DNA of 64,000 bases from Candidatus Zixiibacteriota bacterium (GTDB lineage Bacteria > Zixibacteria > MSB-5A5 > UBA10806 > 4484-95), in assembly GCA_037441845.1 (NCBI GenBank), contig JBBIRK010000003.1:128001-192000 (forward strand), written 5' to 3'. Positions 21,621 through 30,841 of this stretch are shown here, piece after piece (position 1 is the first letter of the stretch; each line of letters opens with the position of its first letter). The notes under the pieces were generated by a model. It did not search any database. It was not told the DNA's origin and was given only the letters and a program-made list of their open reading frames with translations. The translations under genes were made by a program, and so were the position numbers.

Positions 21621-21759
21621 GGGATAAGAGTAGGGGTAATTAGCAACATATGAGGCTGCAATAACCTGTCCGGTAATTCGGTGTTTGAATTGTCTTAGCG
21701 GCCGATTACGATCCATAAGTTTCCCGTAAATGAATATTCCTGCACCATTTTTCTTCCAT

Positions 21760-22034
21760 GTCATTCCCGCGCAAGCGGGACACTCTTTTTTTTCCTGGTC
21801 AGGTCATGAGGCCCTTAGCCGAACCATCAACCTCATCGCTAACTCGAAGAAAATGAACTGCCTTACCCGGTTCTACCTTCCATGTCATTCCCGCGTAAGC
21901 GGGAATCTCTGTTGAGTCATTCGTCCTAAAGCGGAGGCACACTTAAAGAAGTCATCTCGTTCCGATACTTACTCATCAATGAAGGTACCAGCCACTTGAC
22001 ACCCTATACTGTCAATCACGCGCAAGCGGGAATC
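21760..22034. repeat. Three REP-like palindromic repeats GTCATTCCCGCG(C/T)AAGCGGGAATC at about 21760, 21884 and 22011
   Basis: Direct reading; copies 1 and 3 are degenerate; starts are 124 and 127 bp apart. Confidence 0.8.
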
Positions 22035-22100
22035 TCTTCTCCCGGCCACGGCTCCGCATTTGACCCAATTCCCGCCGTTCGGAAACCCGCCGCCCCTAAA

Positions 22101-22127
22101 TAGGCTTTACATTCCAGATACCGATAT
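22101..22127 (+). promoter_or_regulatory. Sigma28(FliA/WhiG)-like promoter
   Basis: TAGGCTTT-N11-ACCGATAT compared with consensus TAAAGTTT-N11-GCCGATAA. Confidence 0.4.
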
Positions 22128-22156
22128 TTATAATTAAATTAAGCCCTGGCGGAACT

Positions 22157-25018
22157 ATGGCGATAAAAAAACCTTCGGAAATATTCATGAGTTTCGCGGC
22201 GGACGAGAAAATGCTCGAGGACATCCGCCGCTCGGTCAATGACGCCATCGCCGATGTCAATCTCTCCAACAAAGACCGCAACGGCATCCTGCTGGCGATA
22301 GAAGAAGCCTGCACCAACGTTATCCGCCATGCCTACCTATACGCCCCGGGAACGATCCGCATAAAAATAAGGAAAAGCCCGACCCAGGTCAGCTTCTCTA
22401 TCTATGACAAAGGGCGCCGTTTCGATTTCGACCGGGCGACCGCAGCAACACCCGATCTCGATCGCTATGTGAAAACCGGCCGAAAAGGCGGTTTGGGGCT
22501 CTATTTGATCCGCAAAATGATGGACTCGGTCGATTACGTTTCCCGCGACGGCGAAAACGAGCTACGCATGGCGAAAACGATCCAGCCCCGAGTGCAGGTG
22601 CTGCCGAAACCCCAGGGAATCTCGATCAGACTTAAATTCGCCCTATGGGCATCGCTTGTCGTATGCGCCATAATCGCCGCCATATTTTTCTATTACGATA
22701 ATCGCAGCTCGAATACTATCCGCGGACGATTCTTCTCCGAGGCATTGAGTTTCGCTCATACCACCGCTCTTAATGCGGCCGATAAAATGATGGTAGGCAA
22801 CGAACTTGAACTGCTGAACCTGGTCGCTTCGGCGATCAAGGGGAATCCGATCTTAATAAATGCGGTGGTTGTCGATACCGCTGGGAGGATTTGGGCCGAC
22901 GCCCAAAATCCCGAAAACATGCTTACCTACCACGAATACCCGGCCGGTGTGGACAGTTCCCTGATCGATCGATTTCAACCGATAGAATCCGATCGCTACG
23001 GGCCGATTTTCCATTTGATAGTCGATATCACCGCCGGCGAACGTCGTCTCGGTCATTTGAACCTGATTTTCGGGCGAAGCGAGCTTTCCGAGCAATTGTC
23101 CCGTTCGCGGCGGATGATGATACTGTTTTCGCTGATTGGATTGTTTGTCGGTCTGGGAGCGGTTTATTTGCTGTCGAATTATTTCGTCAAGCCGATTCAG
23201 AAGCTTACCGAGGGCGTCTTGAAAATCGGCCAGGGAAATCTTGATGAGACTTTGCCGGTAGAAGGATCCGACGAATTCTCGGAGATCGCAAGAGCATTCA
23301 ACGAAATCACCCTGAAATTCAAATCGGCGCAGGCCAATATAGTCGAACAAGAGCGTCTCCAAAAAGAGATGCAGGTGGCGCAGGAGATACAACATGCACT
23401 GCTGCCGCGGCGGTTTCCGGAAATCGAGGGATATGAACTGGCGGCGGTTTATCGTGCGGCCAAAGATGTCGGCGGAGATTATTTCGATTTCGTCTGGATC
23501 GACGAGAACACCATGGGGATAATCGTGGCCGACGTATCCGGCAAAGGTGTCCCGGGTTCATTGGTCATGACCATGATCCGCACCGCGATCCGCCTCGAAG
23601 CCCGCGGCAACAAGTCCCCCAGCGATATTCTGGCCCGGGTCAACGAATTCGTTGCCGAGGACGTGAAAAAGGGGATGTTTATAACGATTTACTTCATCGT
23701 CCTCGATTCGAAAGAACGCCAGATATCGTTCTCCTCGGCCGGCCATAACCCGATGATTCTTTATCGCAAAGACACCGACCGCTGCTATTTTCTCAACCCC
23801 AAAGGGATTCCTTTGGGCTTGACCCTGCCCGATGATATCTCGTTCCGCGACAGCCTTCAGGTGGACAAGCTTAAGCTGAAAAAAGACGATGTTCTGGTGA
23901 TCTACACCGATGGTGTCACCGAAGCCATGAATGCCCGGAACGAGCAATATGGCAACGACCGGTTGATACAGTTTATCCGCGAGCATTCCACCCTCACTCC
24001 CAACGAGTTCGCCGCCGCTTTGGATCAGGACATAATCGCTTTCACCGGAAATGCGCCCCAGAACGATGATATCACGCTGGTGGTCATCAAAGAAAAAATC
24101 ATGGCAGACGAGCTGGTTTTCGAAAAACGGCGCCGGCTCATTCAGATGGTGGAATTCGAAAAAGTCCCCGTCGAAGAAGCCTGCAGGCAGATGGGGATCT
24201 CCCCGGCGACGTATTACAAATACAGGAGGCGCTGGAAAGCGGAAGGCGACGCGGGTCTTCTCAATAAAAAATTAAGGGCCGACGAAGGAATAAAGCAGCT
24301 ATCTTATTCCGCCCGCCAAAAGTTGTTGGCGACGATTTTGGAACATCCCGAATACGGCTCTGGAAAACTCCAAAAAGTGCTCGCCGAAACAGGTGAGGAA
24401 TGTTCCGCTCGAAGCGTCTATGCCGAACTGGTCAATCTCCGGCTTAATTCAAAGGCAAAAAGGCTGGCTTATGTCGAACGTTTCGGAAAGCTGAAACCGG
24501 AGCAGCGGGAACAGCTCGAAAAGGAGATGTTGCGCGAGGAAAGAGCCCGTCAGGACCGTTACCAATACGCCGAGCAACTGAAACAAAATCTGGAAAGCCG
24601 CCATATAGAGAAAATGGCGCAGGATACCGGCAGAATCATAACCCAGCTCAAGCAGTTCGCTCCGGCCGGCGGGACGGATATTTACGATGGAATCTCGAGA
24701 GAATTGGAAAAGCTCGAGGGTGGCACCGAGATCGCCTCGTTGTTCCGATCGTTGGTACAAAAAATGACCTCGGGCGATGATCAGACCGCGAAATCCCATG
24801 GTGTTGAACAGCAAGATGCGGCCGCAACACCGGCGACCGTCTCCACACCATCGGAAGCAGCATCGCAAAAGTCGCGCACCGGACCTATAACGGTACCCAA
24901 AAACGCCGAGAAGATCGATATAATCGCTAAAGCGGTGGACCCCGAGGGAGAGGTTCCACAACTGCCTTCGGAGTTCGAGGAATACGAAAAGAAGTTGGTG
25001 AACAAGTTCAAAAAGTGA
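22157..25018 (+). CDS. Membrane-bound bifunctional partner-switching regulator: RsbW-like kinase, TM/extracytoplasmic sensor, HAMP, SpoIIE/PP2C phosphatase and transposase-like HTH
   Basis: EACTNVIRHAY, DKGRRFD and GGLGLYLI; two TM segments; KPIQKL...DEFSEIARAFN; VGGDYFD, ADVSGKG, YTDGVTEA and NDDITL; VEEACRQMGISPATYYKYRRRW. Confidence 0.88.
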   Translation: MAIKKPSEIFMSFAADEKMLEDIRRSVNDAIADVNLSNKDRNGILLAIEEACTNVIRHAYLYAPGTIRIKIRKSPTQVSFSIYDKGRRFDFDRATAATPDLDRYVKTGRKGGLGLYLIRKMMDSVDYVSRDGENELRMAKTIQPRVQVLPKPQGISIRLKFALWASLVVCAIIAAIFFYYDNRSSNTIRGRFFSEALSFAHTTALNAADKMMVGNELELLNLVASAIKGNPILINAVVVDTAGRIWADAQNPENMLTYHEYPAGVDSSLIDRFQPIESDRYGPIFHLIVDITAGERRLGHLNLIFGRSELSEQLSRSRRMMILFSLIGLFVGLGAVYLLSNYFVKPIQKLTEGVLKIGQGNLDETLPVEGSDEFSEIARAFNEITLKFKSAQANIVEQERLQKEMQVAQEIQHALLPRRFPEIEGYELAAVYRAAKDVGGDYFDFVWIDENTMGIIVADVSGKGVPGSLVMTMIRTAIRLEARGNKSPSDILARVNEFVAEDVKKGMFITIYFIVLDSKERQISFSSAGHNPMILYRKDTDRCYFLNPKGIPLGLTLPDDISFRDSLQVDKLKLKKDDVLVIYTDGVTEAMNARNEQYGNDRLIQFIREHSTLTPNEFAAALDQDIIAFTGNAPQNDDITLVVIKEKIMADELVFEKRRRLIQMVEFEKVPVEEACRQMGISPATYYKYRRRWKAEGDAGLLNKKLRADEGIKQLSYSARQKLLATILEHPEYGSGKLQKVLAETGEECSARSVYAELVNLRLNSKAKRLAYVERFGKLKPEQREQLEKEMLREERARQDRYQYAEQLKQNLESRHIEKMAQDTGRIITQLKQFAPAGGTDIYDGISRELEKLEGGTEIASLFRSLVQKMTSGDDQTAKSHGVEQQDAAATPATVSTPSEAASQKSRTGPITVPKNAEKIDIIAKAVDPEGEVPQLPSEFEEYEKKLVNKFKK

Positions 25019-25770
25019 TGCATAGGTTGGCGATCATAACCTCCAAAGGAGGCACCGGCAAGACCACTACGGCGATAAATTTCGCCCACGCCTGCGCCAT
25101 GATGGGAAAAAAAACGCTCGCCGTAGATTGCGATGCTCAAGGGTCGCTATCCTTATCGTTCGGCTTGAACGGCGCTCAGGGTTTGTCCGATCTATTGCTC
25201 ACGAATCGGGTGGACATCTATTCGGTAAGACCGAATCTGTATCTGGTGGGCTCGGGCCGCAGCGATATTTATCTGGTGGAACGTTACCTGGTGCAACAAA
25301 GTTCTTCGGAGTATCCTCTGGCGGAGGCCCTTGAACGGTTCGAGGGGGTGGAGATAGTTATTTTGGATTGCTCCCCGTCGATAAATGTTGTAAATTCGAA
25401 CATATTATGCTATGCTGATAAGGTTTTGATCCCGGTATCCATGGACTATTTCGCCATGGAGGGGGCCGCTTTAACGATAAGGATTGTCGATGAAATAGCG
25501 GCGGCGACGCGCAAGAAGATTGATGTGTTGGGATTTTTGCCGACATTCTACGATGGGAGAACGAGAATTTCCAAGACAATCCTCGAGCAATTGAAAGGCA
25601 AATACGACAAGAAGGTGTTCGATACGATGATAAGGATAAACACGCAGATCAAGGAATCTCAGCTTCATCACAAAACCATCTTCGAATTCGCACCTTATTC
25701 GTACGGCGCCTACGATTATTACTGCTTTGCCCGAGAGGCTCTGGGCAGACTGGATGGATTGGAACCATGA
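25015..25770 (+). CDS. ParA/Soj family ATPase
   Basis: Deviant Walker A KGGTGKTT, VDCDAQG, ILDCSPS and TFYDGRTR. Confidence 0.92.
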   Translation: MMHRLAIITSKGGTGKTTTAINFAHACAMMGKKTLAVDCDAQGSLSLSFGLNGAQGLSDLLLTNRVDIYSVRPNLYLVGSGRSDIYLVERYLVQQSSSEYPLAEALERFEGVEIVILDCSPSINVVNSNILCYADKVLIPVSMDYFAMEGAALTIRIVDEIAAATRKKIDVLGFLPTFYDGRTRISKTILEQLKGKYDKKVFDTMIRINTQIKESQLHHKTIFEFAPYSYGAYDYYCFAREALGRLDGLEP

Positions 25771-26531
25771 GTGATATCAAGATTTCCGTGGAATCCACGG
25801 AAAGTCCGCAGGTCGATGGTGAGATCACCATAGTTCGGGTCGACGGCGTTATCGATACGATCACCGCCCACGAATTGGAGAAGGTGGCTAATTCGCTGCT
25901 GGCGCAAAAACGTTTCAAAATCGTCGTCGATCTCGGCGGCGTCGATTATATCTCATCGGCGGGATGGGGCATTTTCATTTCCAATATCAGGGAAATCAGG
26001 CTGAATAACGGCGACATAAAGCTTTGCCGAATGATTCCCAACGTCTATGAAATTTTCGAGCTGCTCGAATTCGACAGTATCCTGCGCGCATTCGACAATG
26101 TGGAAAAAGCCAAAGCCGATTTCGCCGGCAATGCAGCGGCGAAAAAATCCGCACCGATAAAAGCGGAGGTGGCAGGCGGATCGGGGGCGGGCAATGTCGG
26201 CAGACCGACAATCTCGATGGAAAACGTTACCGGCGCCAAAGCGGCCGGTCAACCCGCCACCACAAAGATTTCCCTGAACGAACCCCATCAGCCCGTCTCC
26301 GCGACCGCCGTCCGTAAGGAACCCCCCAAAGCCCCCCGGCGTTTCGAAGATGCCATCCTCGAGCTTGTTGGCAAGGATCCCTTTTTGAGCGTGGGCGAAA
26401 TCAGAAAGGAAATCGCCCGTGAATTTCGCAAAACCGGTTATTTCAAAGTGTGGTGGACCTTGAGAAAATTGGGACTCGGTTCCAAGAGAAAAAGATTCTA
26501 TTTTGCTCGAACAAGGAACTTTTCCGCTTAG
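25767..26531 (+). CDS. STAS anti-sigma-factor antagonist with Ala/Pro linker and C-terminal HTH
   Basis: VDLGGVDYISSAGWG with phosphorylatable Ser; basic C-terminal helical domain. Confidence 0.88.
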   Translation: MSDIKISVESTESPQVDGEITIVRVDGVIDTITAHELEKVANSLLAQKRFKIVVDLGGVDYISSAGWGIFISNIREIRLNNGDIKLCRMIPNVYEIFELLEFDSILRAFDNVEKAKADFAGNAAAKKSAPIKAEVAGGSGAGNVGRPTISMENVTGAKAAGQPATTKISLNEPHQPVSATAVRKEPPKAPRRFEDAILELVGKDPFLSVGEIRKEIAREFRKTGYFKVWWTLRKLGLGSKRKRFYFARTRNFSA

Positions 26532-26608
26532 GTATTTCCTATGGCTCGTTATTTAATCGATCCGAAACAGTCGCAATCCTGATCAAGGCGGAATTCGATA
26601 AAAAAATA

Positions 26609-28315
26609 ATGTCGGCACTCGGCGTTGTGCGCTTTATCGGGAAAAATAAAAAGGGATCGGAACTGACCGCGGAATTGTATCGGTTGCGAAACGATAATTT
26701 CGTGGGCAAAAAGATAATCGAGCTGCACCGGGCCGTCAATTTCGCCTTGACCTGCGGCCTGCGCAAAAATCCGCTGCACGTAGCAGCCGGTGAACTGAAA
26801 AAAATCTTTCATTTGGGCGATTTCATCATTTATGCCGGTGAGAAAGATGGCTTCAGCCCCATTATGAGCTCAGGAATCAACCTTCGCTCGATCAAAGGGG
26901 TGAAAGTGCCCGCTCTCGAATCCCGCAAGAGAAACAGACTGACCCCACCGGATGCTTTGCCCAGTATTAAACTTGCTGATATCGAGCGACTGCCTGCAGG
27001 ACTCGACGCCGATTTCGCGTTCGCCTATCCGGTTGCCAATCGCTACTTACTGTTCGTTGGGCAGGATCGCGCCGGTGAATTCGCCCGCTGTTGTTCGTTC
27101 GACGAGTTTAATAAGGAAATTTGGCCGGCGATAGTTTCGTTGGCCGATTCGGCGGCTGCTTTCAAAAAAAACCTAAGCAGAGTAAGAGAGCTCGAATCGG
27201 CGGATAACGAAAACCGCCGTCGAATCGAAAAGCTGACTTCGCAGAAACCGCCGCGTCCCGACGCTTCCCGCATGATCGAATTCACCAAACAGATATTTTC
27301 GATTTTCGACGAGCAACGCCTGCTGGAAATCATAGCCGGCTATCTTAAAACCACTTTCGCGGCCCGTAGCGTTGTTATTTTGACAAAGAACGATAGCGGC
27401 GGGTATTCCGTGGCGGTAATGCAGGGTGAGGGGGATAGGCCGATCGACAAACTGGAACTTTCGCCGGATTCCGAAGTTATAAAATTGCTGGCCGATAGCG
27501 ATGGGGCGATTCAAATCAAAAACAGCCGATTCATTGCCGATAGTCGCGAAATGGTGCAGAATGAAAAAGCCGACGGGTCGGCGATAGTCGATAAGCTGAC
27601 CAAAAAAGGAGATATGAGCCACATCTTGATTCTGAACGTCTCGGAAAGGGCGCGTACCGGCAACGAAAACGATCTGGCGACCTTATCGATTATGTCGAAT
27701 TTGGTTTCGCTGGCGCTGGGCAATATCGATCAGTATCGCCTGATAGAAAAAATGTCTTACACCGACAGCATGACCGGACTTTACAACTATCGCTATTTCT
27801 ATAAGCGCCTCAATGAGGAGATCTATCGCGCCCGAAGATTCAATCGCATGCTCTCCCTGGTGATTTTCGATGTGGACAATTTCAAGATAATCAACGACTC
27901 TTTCGGCCATCAGGCAGGCGATGAAGTCCTTAAGGGATTGGCATCGCTGGTGATAAGCAGCGTTCGGGCGATCGATGTGGTCAGCCGTTACGGGGGAGAG
28001 GAATTCTGCATAATCATGCCCGAAACCGATTCCTCGAGTTGCCGGATTTTCATGGAAAGACTTCGCTCTAAAATACAAAATCAAAAATTCGTCGGGGATG
28101 ATCGGCGGAAAGGATATGAAATCTCGGTTTCAATCGGCGGAGCGATTTTCCCTCAGGACGCCCAATCTGCCGACCGATTGATTTATTGCGCCGATATGGC
28201 TCTGCTGAAGGCGAAAGCCTCGGGGCGTAACCGCAGCGTAATGTTCGGCGCGGACATGCTTGAGGACAATTCCGATGAAAACCAAAATAAGGATAATATC
28301 GCTTATGAAACTTGA
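26609..28315 (+). CDS. GAF-like sensor diguanylate cyclase (start uncertain)
   Basis: TDSMTGLYN, FDVDNFKIINDSFGHQAGD, RAID I-site and SRYGGEEF. Confidence 0.9.
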   Translation: MSALGVVRFIGKNKKGSELTAELYRLRNDNFVGKKIIELHRAVNFALTCGLRKNPLHVAAGELKKIFHLGDFIIYAGEKDGFSPIMSSGINLRSIKGVKVPALESRKRNRLTPPDALPSIKLADIERLPAGLDADFAFAYPVANRYLLFVGQDRAGEFARCCSFDEFNKEIWPAIVSLADSAAAFKKNLSRVRELESADNENRRRIEKLTSQKPPRPDASRMIEFTKQIFSIFDEQRLLEIIAGYLKTTFAARSVVILTKNDSGGYSVAVMQGEGDRPIDKLELSPDSEVIKLLADSDGAIQIKNSRFIADSREMVQNEKADGSAIVDKLTKKGDMSHILILNVSERARTGNENDLATLSIMSNLVSLALGNIDQYRLIEKMSYTDSMTGLYNYRYFYKRLNEEIYRARRFNRMLSLVIFDVDNFKIINDSFGHQAGDEVLKGLASLVISSVRAIDVVSRYGGEEFCIIMPETDSSSCRIFMERLRSKIQNQKFVGDDRRKGYEISVSIGGAIFPQDAQSADRLIYCADMALLKAKASGRNRSVMFGADMLEDNSDENQNKDNIAYET

Positions 28316-29261
28316 AAGATGCTTTGGCATTTTGCTTTGTCTGGTTGCCTTGACCTCGGCGGCCGCCCAGGACGCTTATCGCATCGGTATCGATGACCGT
28401 CTTCAGATAAACGTATGGCAGGAACCGGACCTGGCCGCGACTGTTCGGGTGGGGCAGGACGGCAAAATAACTTTGCCTCTGATCGGGGAAGTGATGGCGG
28501 CCGGACTAACGACTTCGGAATTGGCCCGCAAGATAGTCCAACAGATTTCATTTTATAATCCGGCGGTTTCGCAAGCCACGGTCGTGGTGATCGAGTACAA
28601 CAGCCAATTCGTGGTCCTGTCGGGGGCGGTCAACAATCCGGGTCGGCACGCGTTCGAAAAAATCCCGAATCTGCTGGATGTCCTGAGTGCCGCCGGCGGC
28701 GCCACCGCCACCGCCGACCTGACGCGAGTGTCAATCATCCGCCAGGAAAACGGCCGCGCCAGAGTTATTGACGTGGATCTCGTCAAATACATTCGCGACG
28801 GCAACTTGGCCGACCTGCCGCCGCTTCAGGCAAAAGATATCATAAATGTGCCGGATTCCCCCTATGGAGTGGCGGCTCAGCAGCTGGTCAGCTCCGGCTA
28901 CAAGGGGAAAGATATCTATTTCATCTATGGCGCAGTGGCGCAACCCGGGGTGAAGAATATCAGCGAGGGGCTCGACCTGGTCGATGCGATCGCTTCGGCT
29001 GGGGGAATTGTCGCCGCCGCCGATATCAAGAATATCAGGTTGGTTTCAAAGGAAGCGCGTTATTCTACGGTGATGTCGTTCAATCTCGAAAAATACAATA
29101 AAGAGGGAAAGCCCGCGCGCTATATAATCCGCCCGGAAGATACCATATTCATTCCTTTCCAACCGACTACCACATCGTTCATAAACAGACTGCCGGAAAT
29201 CCTCATTCCCGGGATAATAACAACTGTGGTTACCACCATTCTGGTGCGGGAACTCAACTGA
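28305..29261 (+). CDS. Polysaccharide export protein (Wza/OPX family, SLBB domains)
   Basis: YRIGIDDRLQINVW, VGQDGKITLPLIGEVMAAGLT and two SLBB repeats. Confidence 0.88.
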   Translation: MKLERCFGILLCLVALTSAAAQDAYRIGIDDRLQINVWQEPDLAATVRVGQDGKITLPLIGEVMAAGLTTSELARKIVQQISFYNPAVSQATVVVIEYNSQFVVLSGAVNNPGRHAFEKIPNLLDVLSAAGGATATADLTRVSIIRQENGRARVIDVDLVKYIRDGNLADLPPLQAKDIINVPDSPYGVAAQQLVSSGYKGKDIYFIYGAVAQPGVKNISEGLDLVDAIASAGGIVAAADIKNIRLVSKEARYSTVMSFNLEKYNKEGKPARYIIRPEDTIFIPFQPTTTSFINRLPEILIPGIITTVVTTILVRELN

Positions 29262-29262
29262 T

Positions 29263-30837
29263 ATGGCGACCGAGCAGAAACTGCATCTCCGCGAATACTG
29301 GCAGATACTCAAACGCCGGCGCTGGCTTTTAATTATGCCGGTCGTGATCATTCCGCTCACGGCTTTGCTTGCCACCTTTTTCATGACTCCGATCTACGAG
29401 GCTTCGACGACCGTGCTTATCAACGAGGCGAGCATATTGCCGCCTACGGTCGCCCGCAATCTCGAAACGGCCCCGCGCGGATTCCCCGATCGGGAAAATA
29501 TCCGCACCACCATATCGAATCAAATCCGCTCCACGGCGTTTTTGCGCAGTTTGATCACCAAGCTCGATCTCAAAGTGCCCGAATCGTTCCGCCGGGTGGC
29601 CGAGGAGGAACTGCGGAATACCCCCGATGTCTCGGCGGCCGAACTTGCCGAGCATATGTTTTTCCAGGCATTGCGGCAGCGGATTTCGGTTCAGGTTCAG
29701 GGGACGAATCTGGTTTCGATCTCCACTACCTCCGATTCGCCGGTGATGGCCAAACGTATGGCCGAGGCGCTGGCCGATATTTATCTCGAGGAAAATCTGG
29801 CTCATGACCTTGCCGGCGTTCAGGGAAGCATCACTTTCACCGAGGAACAGCTTGCGCTTTACCGGGATAAGCTTTATGCAGCGGAGGATAAAATCAGGAA
29901 TTTCCGACAGGGATTGATCACGAGCTCGGAAGATACGACATCGCTGGCGGCCAACTTAAGAGCAATCCTCTCGGCGATTCAGGGAATCGATATCGATCTG
30001 ACGGCTGCGGATCAGGAAAAGGCCGACCTGCGGGCGACGTTGTATGCCAACGGAATCGACCCGGCCTCTTTCACCCACCCGGCGGCGGTGAACACTTTGA
30101 AAAGCAGCCTCATGGCAACCGTTCCGCGCCTGGGTGAAATGTTGACCCGTTACAGCTGGCGCGATAACAAGGTCGTAACTCTCAATCAGGAGGCGATCGA
30201 CCTGGTTACGAAAATCGAAAACGAAATAAAATCGGCGGTTACCGCAAGATATCCGACCCAACCGAAAACGATTCAAGCCGATATCGCCCGTTACCAGCTG
30301 CTGGATATAAACATAGAATTCTTAACTGCCAAACGGACCGCGCTCGAAAAAGGAATGGGCAGGCTGAAAGCCCAGATGGCCCGCGACCCGGATATAGAAG
30401 TGACTCTCGACCGCCTGCAATCGGAGGTAACCAGATACCGCGACCTCTATAACCTTTTTGTGCAGCACGCCCAGTTCGCGGCGATCGACCAGAGCGCCAA
30501 GAAAATCGAGGCCGAGTCGAAATATGTAATCGTGCAGCCGGCGACTTTGCCCATGGCTCCGGTCAGCCCCAATCGCTTCCGAATCTTGTTATTAGGCTTG
30601 TTTATCGGCGTCGCTTTGGGCGGAGGCATAATCATTCTGCTCGAGATGATGGACGACTCGTTCAAGACGGTGGAACAAATAAGCGAAACACTGCACATGA
30701 CTGTTCTGGCAACTATCCCTCAGGTGCGAACACCCTACATGAAAAGCAGCCGCGATCGAGGAATCGTTTTAGTCGGGGGTGCCATCAGTCTGGCATTGTT
30801 GGCCGCGATAATCTTCATGAAATTCAGGAACGGCTGA
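29263..30837 (+). CDS. Polysaccharide co-polymerase/chain length regulator (Wzz/GumC-like)
   Basis: LREYWQILKRRRW, PIYEASTT, coiled coil, PVSPNR and LEMMDDSFKT. Confidence 0.88.
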   Translation: MATEQKLHLREYWQILKRRRWLLIMPVVIIPLTALLATFFMTPIYEASTTVLINEASILPPTVARNLETAPRGFPDRENIRTTISNQIRSTAFLRSLITKLDLKVPESFRRVAEEELRNTPDVSAAELAEHMFFQALRQRISVQVQGTNLVSISTTSDSPVMAKRMAEALADIYLEENLAHDLAGVQGSITFTEEQLALYRDKLYAAEDKIRNFRQGLITSSEDTTSLAANLRAILSAIQGIDIDLTAADQEKADLRATLYANGIDPASFTHPAAVNTLKSSLMATVPRLGEMLTRYSWRDNKVVTLNQEAIDLVTKIENEIKSAVTARYPTQPKTIQADIARYQLLDINIEFLTAKRTALEKGMGRLKAQMARDPDIEVTLDRLQSEVTRYRDLYNLFVQHAQFAAIDQSAKKIEAESKYVIVQPATLPMAPVSPNRFRILLLGLFIGVALGGGIIILLEMMDDSFKTVEQISETLHMTVLATIPQVRTPYMKSSRDRGIVLVGGAISLALLAAIIFMKFRNG

Positions 30838-30841
30838 TGAT

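Noticed and set aside
21760..22034. CRISPR array
   Set aside because: Only three degenerate ~24-bp repeats, spacers of about 100 bp and no cas genes; fits REP-like palindromes better
24122..24480. Active IS element inserted in the phosphatase gene
   Set aside because: The HTH is in frame within a continuous ORF; no DDE domain, terminal inverted repeats or target duplication seen
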